A model generated the notes under the pieces. The model did not search any database. It was not told the origin of the DNA and saw only the letters and a program-made list of their open reading frames with translations. A stretch of 64,000 nt of DNA, from positions 7,502,001 to 7,566,000 of the forward strand of contig NC_092680.1 of the NCBI RefSeq assembly GCF_964355755.1. The letters are read 5' to 3'. This DNA is from Antedon mediterranea (taxonomy: Eukaryota; Animalia; Echinodermata). Of the stretch, positions 1-11,100 are shown one piece after another (positions within the stretch are counted from its first letter, which is position 1; every line of letters starts with the position of its first letter). The position numbers were made by a program, and so were the translations under genes.

Positions 1-1957
1 TGCTTCACAATTTAGAATTGACAAAACCACGCATTAAAAATTGGACTGTTGAATCCCAGCTTCCCTTGCATTATTTGGAGTAAAGTTTTATACTATTCAA
101 TTTATTCCGAATTTTACACAATACAATAACATATACATCACACATGCTAGACCCAAGGGACTCCTAAAGCAAACTCAATCGCTTTCGATGGGACGTCCCA
201 GTCCGCAGTGAAACATCTAAAAACATACAATAATTTCATTTCTGATTTACCAACCATATTGCAATGCAAGATTTCCTCCAAAAGCCTTACAAATATTGTT
301 TAGAGAATGTGAAAAAAAATATACAGAATATTAAATTGACCACATAAAGTAAAGTTGGATTCAACAAATTCGCACGTCGCGAAATACAATAAACGCAAGT
401 ACAGTAAAGTCAATCTACCTGAAGTGGTAGTGTCATTACAAATAAACACACAATTAAAATAGTACCCAATTTTTCATTTTTTTTTAAGTTAGAAAAATAA
501 AACTTCAAAACATTCAACAACAAAAAGTCTCCCAAGACTAGATGAATGAAGATAAAATATATCACCAAAAAAATGTTGTTGAGCTTTATCAAGCACATTT
601 ATTAAAATACAAAGCAGATACTAAAGACTAGCTTCTATACTAAAGCAAATTATTCCATAATCACAAGATATTACGGTTTTTGTCAACATCTATTAATGAA
701 GTACAGCAAAGATATGTTGGAAAAGCTGTAGACAACATACTGACAATAGACACAATAAAACCAGTTAGAACTGGTTGAATCCGGTATAATCTAATCTGCA
801 ATCTATTTTGTTATCAATGCTGTAATATTTCTTGAGCTACCAACCAATTTAAAAACTGATGTAAACAGCAACACATTTCAGATTCATAAAACAAACTGCT
901 AAAATGGTTATTATAAAGGCTCAAGAAGAAGTTTCAGTTTTTAATTAGCTAATAAACTTTGTGGTATTAATCTAATCTTGACATTTTATTTCTCAAATGA
1001 TTACATAATATAAATTCTTCTAAATAAAGTACAATGCAAGGACTGACGGGGGAAGTAATTTCTAGTTGAAATTTCATCAAATAACAAACCGGAAACCAGT
1101 AGATTTTCTAGATCCATGGTAAGCATCAGTTTTACCTTCCCCAAATGAAATTACGACTGGCCGAAAGAAAATGATTTCTGCTGTGTTTTAATATTCTGCT
1201 CAATGTAGCAGAGGTACACTCTCAAAGTACTGTCTTTATATACATGAAATCGAAGATAATTACATATTTATCTTAACTACAGAACACATCAAAAATAGAT
1301 TACACTTGTCTGAGGTACTAATAGAGTGTAAATATGACCATTTAAAAGCTGAGAATTTTCCACATACTGACAAAATATACCTAAAATACAATTTTGTAAA
1401 ATGAATTATGAATATTTAACAGGGTGTTATTACATGTTGCCAGGCATTACCATTTATTAACAGTCAGAAAAATACTTACTTTAAAATATCTATATTGTTC
1501 TGATCTTATATAGATTTCTGCAAAAATAAGACTAACTGTCACTCAGAAGAAAAGTAGAAAAAAAAAATATCAGAATAGGCTCTTTTAACCATTATGGAAA
1601 AACTTTAGTACGAGTGAAAATAATGCATAAATAAAATTCAGGTATTATGTAAATTTCATAAAATGAAAACAGGAGACCAACTACATGCTAGAATCGGAGA
1701 AAAATATCCAGTAAAAATAAGCAATGTACAAGCAAGATGAAACATTCCATTGGCGACGATATATCATGAAACTTCTTGTGTTCAGGTGATAAAACTCTAA
1801 ATTGGTCCATAAAATACAAAAAATAATCTAGGAACAGTTTACAAAAATCTGCTTACTTTTTTACAATAATTCTACAAAAAAAAAAAAACACACTTAGACA
1901 GTTATTTACAAAAATTCTTCAGACACAATGCTTGACAAAAAGTAGACATCCCCAAAG

Positions 1958-2042
1958 CAAAGACCCTTCAGGCAGGAGTACAGAACAAAGACCCTTCAGG
2001 CAGGAGTACAGAACAAAGACCCTTCAGGCAGGAGTACAGAAC
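1958..2042. repeat. 28-bp tandem repeat x3 in the presumed MYEF2 3' UTR
   Basis: AAAGACCCTTCAGGCAGGAGTACAGAAC occurs three times in a row. Confidence 0.9.
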
Positions 2043-2147
2043 ACTTTCTAAAACCACAGGAAATGACTCCACGGAAGAGATTCCCAACGAACGAGACATA
2101 CCAGATGACTAAAAATAACCATATATAGGCAGGACCTCGAAACTGAA

Positions 2148-5100
2148 CTATTGATGTATCTGAACCACAATTTCCCGACCGTCAAAACGAACACGATTCA
2201 TTTCATCTGTGATAAATATGTTAAAGAAAACAAAACAAAAATATATTTCCTTAACAATGCTGGAGGGAAATCCCCATGGGACAGGGTAGTGATATGCATA
2301 ACAATAGAGAGGCTGATTTTATACAAAGGATACCGACAGCTTTTCTGGCGTCAGCTGGAACTTCAAACTTCACAAGACCATAACCTTTAGAACGTCCATT
2401 CTCGGTACGAACTTCAGCATACACTACTGGAGCTAAAATAAACACAATTTTAAAGAAATTGTCACACAGTAGAACCAGTATGTTATACCTACTACGGGAC
2501 ACTTTCTGGTTAAACAGACGCGAGGAAATATATGTTTAAATAAAGAACAATTTAAAGATATATTGTCCCCCTGAAAAAATAATTATTTAACATTTTTTTG
2601 TTGAATAGGCCATTTTAATTTCACATATTAATTATCCACTTTGACCAAAAATTAGATTTTATAGCAAGAAATGGTCAAATTGGCTGCCAGCCAATGGATT
2701 TTTGGTAGAATTTTACAATTTATTATGTCATTTTATAAGTGCAAACTTTATTTTTTTCAGTTTTTTTCTATGAAAGTGATTAACTTAACAACAAAAGAAC
2801 ATATTCAAAGTCTGATTTAATTAATCTTCATTTTTCATGTTTTTAGGGGACAATACCTCTTTAACACTACGACTAATCCATATTCAGGGAAACTTTTGAG
2901 GGTCTAAATGGTGTTCCCTTAAGGGTTTTACTGTAGTATGTCTAGATTAAATTTGAAATAAACTTACCAATGTGCCTAAAGCTATCCTTCAACTTTTTCC
3001 AATCATAAGAGAAAGGTAACTGGAAAATAATAAACAGAATTTAAGTTTAAGTGTTGTTTTCATAAATAAAGTTCTCATTCTCAAGTATACGTGGGTTCAA
3101 GGTTCCCCCCACACCCCAAACAGTGGACATAGGACATTTTTGCTGAAAACTTCATATCATAATTTTAAAATCCCGGATTTGGTCATGAAGCAATGCCCTG
3201 AAAGCGAGAGTGATGGCGTCCTGCCCTAACCACTCCACTAATACAGTATGTGGATTCTCTATTGACAGGGAGGTACAAGATTACCAGTAGTGTTTGGAGG
3301 TAAACTTCACATTTAAGTAAACACGATACTTACATTTTTTACAAGTATAGAGCAACTTGAACCACCACCATCTCTAAAATTCTGTCTACCTGAATCTCGT
3401 AAGTTTTGGCCTCTTGGTTCTCCAAGGATGGATGAATTGCCACCAAAATTTCCAAAATCACCTCTACCACCAGACAAATTCATACCAATGTCTGAGCCCA
3501 TGTTGGAGTTATTATTATAGCCCATCCCTGTGTTGCTCATACCCATTGACCCACCACCACCCCCTACTAAACTATTTATGCCCATACTTGAGCTTCCAAG
3601 GCTTGAGCTGCCAACATACCCTCCCCCTCCCCCACTACCAAAGCTTCCCATTCCACTGCTACTGAGTCCGTTGCCAAAACTTCCTCCTCCACTTCCGCCA
3701 CCTTTAACAGAAAAACATTGCTTTATAATAACTCCTATTTCCAAGACAATTATGAGATCACAAAATGTTTGATTAACTAATTCTGGAGACATTTTCATCT
3801 TGTTTAATAAAGGCATTATCCATGCAATTGTTGACATTTAGTTAAAACAGAAAAAAATGCAAGGAAGACACCTTATCCATTTTCAGTAAATTTTTATAGA
3901 GCTTAGTTGAATAGTTTGAGCTAGAAATATGGCACATTTTTTATAATGGCAGTAATTGACATACCTCCTAGGCTCATACCTCCACTGTTCATACTTCCAA
4001 GTCCACTGTTGCCAAGACGTCCACTGTTGCCAAGACTACCCATTCCGCCACCTACAGTATCAATAACAAATAATACATGTTAAAGCGTGTATGAAAATAT
4101 ATAGAAATGTTTACTTATAATAACAACTTTAATTTATAATAATAATAATTTAGGTATTTGTATAGCGCCAGAATCAACTAAACCGAAGTAAAAATCAAAG
4201 GCGCTTATATTGGATGTTAAAAAGAAGCGTTTTAAGTTCTTTTTTAAAAATAGCAATAGAAGTTAATTTAGTAAAATGACGAGGGAGAGAATTCCATAGA
4301 GAAGCAGCAGAGAACATAAAAGACCTTTGTCCATAAGATTTGGTGTTAATTCTAGGAACTATATGTTAAAATGGTAACAATAGAAAGAAATAAATTATAT
4401 TCTGTATAGTGATTTTGAATTAATTAAATAATATTTAAATGATTTTATAGCTGTGTATAGCAGAATAACCCCATGTAGGCTATGGGGATCTTTCTTGAAA
4501 TTTAAAACCAATTGACATGATATTAGTACACATACAGAATTCCTTACCTGATAGACTTCCTCCCAGTCCTAAGTTAAGATTTCCCCCAAGGCCTCCTCCC
4601 ATGCTACTGTTTCCACCAACAAGACTGCTACTTAGACCAATGCCTGAACTGCCCATTCCCATACCTCCTCCTCCAGTGCCCATTCCCATACCTCCTCCTC
4701 CAGTGCCCATCCCCATACCTCCTCCTCCAGTGCCCATCCCCATACCACTTCCCATCCCTTGCCCACCTCCCATCCCTTGCCCACCTCCCATTCCCATGTC
4801 AAAACCGCCGCCCATCCCTCTACCCCCACCACCAATGGGTCCCATCATTCCACCGCCACTGTTTGGTCCAAGCATGTCCAATGTGGGACCTAAGCCTCCT
4901 AAACCACCTGGAAAATATAAATGCAAATGAGATGAAAATAGAATATCAAATCAGAATAGTAAAAATACTAATCCCACGATAAACAAAGAGTAGTTGAAAC
5001 TTGTCATAATATTATGTTTGTGATTCAGTACATCTATACCTATATTATAAGTGAGAGTGTTTGTTTGTCTTTACGTTTGTTTGTTGAAGTTCGTTATACA

Positions 5101-8100
5101 AATTTTAATTAATAGGCCCATCGTCGCTATGTATACCCTTTCAAGTTGAATTGAATTTGTCCTGGGAAGAATTTGTTTTTTAAAAAGAGTGTGGGGTGTT
5201 ATTGAAGAGGGGTGGGGGTTGGTGAGAATAGGAAGGTACTGGCGTCAGGTGTCATGTACTGAGAAGGCTTTAAACTAATTTTAAAACCCACCCTGGGGCG
5301 GGTATAATTGCTAGTATTACATATACATAAGTTTACAAATTTCATTAGTAATTGTTATTAGCAAGATAGCATGACAACTTCAACATCTGGTAAAAATATT
5401 GATAAGACCATGAAAGAAAAAGATACTAGACAAATACCAAATTATTTTCTTACTTGGTAACATTTTGCGATGTCTTTCACGATTATCTTCATGAGCTTTA
5501 ACTTTATCCTTAAAAAACAATTATAAAATGCAACTGAATCCTACACATGAGTAAATCTGGTACAGTGTGTATATAGTATGAGTAATTCCTGTACAGTGTG
5601 TATATAGTATGAGTAAATCCGGTACAGTGTGTATATAGTATGAGTAAATCCTGTACAGTGTGTATATAGTATGAGTAAATCCTGTACAGTGTGTATATAG
5701 TATGAGTAAATCCTGTACAGTGTGTATATAGTATGAGTAATTCCTGTACAGTGTGTATATAGTACGAGTAATTCCTGTACAGTGTGTATATAGTATGAGT
5801 AAATCCTGTACAGTGTGTATATAGTATGAGTAAATCCTGTACAGTGTGTATATAGTATGAGTAAATCCTGTACAGTGTGTATATAGTATGAGTAAATCCT
5901 GTACAGTGTGTATATAGTATGAGTAAATCCTGTACAGTGTGTATATAAAACGAGTAAATCCTGTACAGTGTGTATATAGTATGAGTAAATCCTGTACAGT
6001 GTGTATATAGTATGAGTAAATCCTGTACAGTGTGTATATAGTATGAGTAAATCCTGTACAGTGTGTATATAGTATGAGTAAATCCTGTACAGTGTGTATA
6101 TAGTACGAGTAAATCCTGTACAGTGTGTATTTAGTACGAGTAAATCCTGTACGGTGTGTATTTAGTACGAGTAAATCCTGTACGGTGTGTATATAGTACG
6201 AGTAAATCCTGTACAGTGTGTATATAGTATGAGTAAATCCTGTACAGTGTGTATATAGTATGAGTAAATCCTGTACAGTGTGTATATAGTATGAGTAAAT
6301 CCTGTACAGTGTGTATATAGTATGAGTAATTCCTGTACAGTGTGTATATAGTATGAGTAATTCCTGTACAGTGTGTATATAGTATGAGTAAATCCTGTAC
6401 AGTGTGTATATAGTACGAGTAAATCCTGTACAGTGTGTATATAGTATGAGTAAATCCTGTACAGTGTGTATATAGTATGAGTAAATCCTGTACAGTGTGT
6501 ATATAGTATGAGTAAATCCTGTACAGTGTGTATATAGTATGAGTAAATCCTGTACAGTGTGTATATAGTATGAGTAAATCCTGTACAGTGTGTATATAGT
6601 ATGAGTAAATCCTGTACAGTGTGTATATAGTATGAGTAAATCCTGTACAGTGTGTATATAGTACGAGTAAATCCTGTACAGTGTGTATATAGTATGAGTA
6701 AATCCTGTACAGTGTGTATATAGTATGAGTAAATCCTGTACAGTGTGTATATAGTATGAGTAAATCCTGTACAGTGTGTATATAGTATGAGTAAATCCTG
6801 TACAGTGTGTATATAGTACGAGTAAATCCTGTACAGTGTGTATTTAGTACGAGTAAATCCTGTACGGTGTGTATTTAGTACGAGTAAATCCTGTACGGTG
6901 TGTATATAGTACGAGTAAATCCTGTACAGTGTGTATATAGTACGAGTAAATCCTGTACAGTGTGTATATAGTATGAGTAAATCCTGTACAGTGTGTATAT
7001 AGTATGAGTAAATCCTGTACAGTGTGTATATAGTATGAGTAAATCCTGTACAGTGTGTATATAGTATGAGTAAATCCTGTACAGTGTGTATATAGTATGA
7101 GTAAATCCTGTACAGTGTGTATATAGTATGAGTAAATCCTGTACAGTGTGTATATAGTATGAGTAAATCCTGTACAGTGTGTATATAGTACGAGTAAATC
7201 CTGTACAGTGTGTATATAGTACGAGTAAATCCTGTACAGTGTGTATATAGTATGAGTAAATCCTGTACAGTGTGTATAGTATGAGTAAATCCTGTACAGT
7301 GTGTATATAGTATGAGTAAATCCTGTACAGTGTGTATATAGTATGAGTAAATCCTGTACAGTGTGTATATAGTACGAGTAAATCCTGTACAGTGTGTATA
7401 TAGTATGAGTAAATCCTGTACAGTGTGTATATAGTCAGGGCTGAGCGAACCCACTTGCCCGACGCCCGGGACAAGTGTTTTTTACGGTCGGACAACCACA
7501 TTTGACGTATCCTCTTGTCCGAGGACAAGCACTTTTGAAATTCAGGAAATTAAACTAAGAGCACAGAAAACCATGTGCCAACACAGTTAGCCATGTGCAT
7601 TAATAAAAATAGCAGGCTTCTTCAAAGCACATTAAACCCAGTGCATTTAATACATCACTGATTGGTCAATGACCTGAGTCACATCATTATAGATTACACG
7701 ATTTTCTATTTGGGGAGGTAATTAAAACATTTTTGGACCATGCAGTGGTTGAGACATAGGTTAACTGGGTAATTAAAAAAATGCCCAGTTAAAAAGAACC
7801 CCCGTAATTAATGGACTCTACCAGGTATTGTTGATCAAAAATACCATGCATCAAGATGGAAGCTGTATACACACGCGAGGATGTGGTAGGCCCAGTATTT
7901 AAATTTTTCTCTGTACATCGTGCATGGAACGGACAATTGATAAAGTGGTTTCATAGGGAAAAGAATGTTTTTTATAAATTTACCTGTGAAATGCAACAAG
8001 CTATTTTATTTAGTGAATTTTGGATAATAACAAAAACATCCTCTCTCCGTCCGTTGTAGAGTAGGAGGCCTAACTTCTAGAGTAAGGATGGCCTGGGGCC

Positions 8101-11100
8101 TGGAGGTATTTTTCTCTCTCTCCATGGTGACTGTCTAAGGCCTAGTGTCTGGATGGCAAGCTTTAATTAGTATTGGGCCTAGCCAGACCTACATTAATTC
8201 GGTATTATTTGTTAACTAATTATGCCTGGACAAAATAAAAATTATTTAAAAAAATAATTTTAATTATGCCTGGACAAAATAAAAATTATTTAAAAAAATA
8301 ATTTAAATATACCTACTATCTAGCTAGCCGGCATAGCTACATACAGTAGGCAAAGATCAGTTCACATGTATGACTAGGCTATGATACCTTTGTATATAAT
8401 AGACACCACAGTTTTTTTGGTAATTCAATTCTTTTATTTTTTATTTACTAACTACTATTTATTAATTAGGCCTACAGTACTCTATACACTGTTGTGTTAA
8501 TAAAATAAAACCTAAAAATGACCGTTATTTTTATCAAAATATTGAGCAGGCTAAAAAAGTCTAGGCTAGGCCTATAAACTGCTGAATTTTAAATAGACAA
8601 TAAACACTTGCGTGACATTTGTCGACACTTGTGGAATTTTTTGCCTATTGCGCAATAAAGAGGGACAAGTAAATTTTTTTCTCGGACAAGTGAATTCCGT
8701 GCAGGTACTTGTCCGGGGACAAGTGAAAGAAATTGAAATTCCCTCACCCTTGTATAGTACGAGTAAATCCTGTACAGTGTGTATATAGTACGAGTAAATC
8801 CTGTACAGTGTGTATATAGTATGAGTAAATCCTGTACAGTGTGTATATAGTATGAGTAAATCCTGTACAGTGTGTATATAGTATGAGTAAATCCTGTACA
8901 GTGTGTATATAGTATGAGTAAATCCTGTACAGTGTGTATATAGTACGAGTAAATCCTGTACAGTGTGTATATAGTATGAGTAAATCCTGTACAGTGTGTA
9001 TATAGTATGAGTAAATCCTGTACAGTGTGCATTGTATAAAAGTGTATAGACTGTACAGTGTATATAGCGCCATTGCAATATGTATAGAGTATGTATAGTG
9101 TATCCAGCTAGAGAGCAATTGAACATCGTTAGATTATCATTCAATTCTGTACAGTGAAACCATGGAACAAGTAAACATAACAATAGTGCTCTTACCATTC
9201 TGACACGCATAGTTCTGTCATATAGGGTTTGCCCATTAAACATAGCTGTAATAACGGTTAAGGAACAAAACTGTTTCTAGTAAAGCATTAAATACTACAT
9301 TTTTTAATTGTGTACATCATTATTATACAGTTCACGCTTTTATCAAAGGATACAAATAGCCTGTACAGCTGAAAGAGGCGACTCAAACTGCACAGTAGCC
9401 AAGCCTCTACTCTCATTATTTTCATTCTCTATGATATCTGCATGTGCAACCTCTCCTGCCATTTTGAATATATCTTTTAACTTTCTCCACGTTACTTGAT
9501 AAGGAAGCTAAAAAAGAAAGTTATAGCAAGTTGAATGTATGTAAACAAATTATAAGTAAAACCACATTACTTTTGTACAACTAATCTACACATAAATAGT
9601 TTCTGGTAGAAAACAAAAGTACAAACAACAGTGAAAATATACAGCAACACATTTTTAGATTTTTGATAATTGTTAAAATCTAATTTACCAGGAGGAATTT
9701 TATCCAGTCAACTTTCTTAATTCCAGACTCTCTAAAAACTCAATCTCTCTTCATTGAGTCTGAAAGGACCAACATTTATTTTTACCATTAGAAACACTAA
9801 CACAGACAAACTGTATTAGACCAGCCCAGAGGTGTCCAGTATTGGCAGAGTTGACCGTTTAAATAATTTATATGTATACAATGGTTTAAATGTTAATTAC
9901 TTTCTTTAAATCATTCAAATATTAATTTTTCAAATTATTTCTTTTAATACTACAGTATTGTAATTATAATGTTCACTTCTTTGAGATCAAAAGTATATGT
10001 TAATGGTAAGACATTTATCAAACTCTTTTTTTTTACATCGGTATGAAAATAACACTCACGTTTGAGACAAACACGGTGTCACTGACACAATCAGGTTCAA
10101 GGTTCAACTGTTGCAGCACTTGTGGGGTCAACATCATTTGAGCGGCCTTCTCATCCTGCACACGCGGACGATATTTTCGAGTGATACGACCATCTCTATC
10201 CTGTGATAGATTTCAACAAAATTGTGACAAAGACTATATTTTTATTTTATGGCAAGGACGTAGATAGAGAAAATAAAAAGGTACTTTTAGTGTTTCCAGA
10301 GAGTACTTGTTTTTATAATGGAATTGGGTGGGATGCCTTCAAATAAGTTGCTGGCTGTAAAGAATTATATTCTTGGATGTTAAAATAATCAAATACAGTA
10401 TTTGAAAAATGTACTTTAAAATCAAAAGTAACATTTATCTTTAATTAAGTTAAAGATGTATTGTCCCTTGAAACACAAAAAATGAAAAAAAAATATTCTA
10501 AATTCAAATTAGCCATATCAAAGTAATATTAAAGTTATTCACTTTAAGTCGAAAAAATCGAGCCAAAAACAACAAGTTTACGTAATTAACAGGTAAATTA
10601 ATTAGATTACATTTCGTCTGGGAAATCGTTGCAAGCGAAAGTAAACAAAGATTTCAAACCATGAGTATGCATTATATATGATGCTAATTAGGATTGTTTA
10701 CAACTCATCGCGTTTGAGAAGGTGTTTTCACACAGATCGCGAAGAAGTTTTATGATTATGCATACAGAGTAGCCAAACAAGCGCGTTGCATTATGAGATA
10801 TGTTTTGATTGAAAACTTTGACTGGAAGTCAAAGTTATTTTTTGAACAAAAAAACATCTGTATTTCGGTTAAATTATTTTTTTTTTCGACTAATTTTTGG
10901 TGAAAGTTAATAACTATTATGATACTTCAAAATGACCCCCTTTTTTTCAAAATTTAAAAAAAAAAATTTTTTTTGAAATTAGTCAAAGGGACAATACATC
11001 CAATAATAAATTACAATAAAGTGATTAAAATAAGAGGGCCAAAACCAAAAGAAACAAAGCTTGTGAGAGGCAGTCAACTTACTTCCTTCACAACAATGTT

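Noticed and set aside
3414-4930. Plus-strand Pro-rich ORFs
   Set aside because: Antisense shadows of the Gly/Met-rich MYEF2 exons.
5548-7435. CRISPR-like array
   Set aside because: Head-to-tail repeats without unique spacers, eukaryotic context, no cas genes.
6162-9243. Long ORFs (430, 217, 223, 147, 124 aa) of repeated YTHCTGFTHT
   Set aside because: Translations of the 31-bp satellite inside a MYEF2 intron; only 9196-9245 is a real exon.
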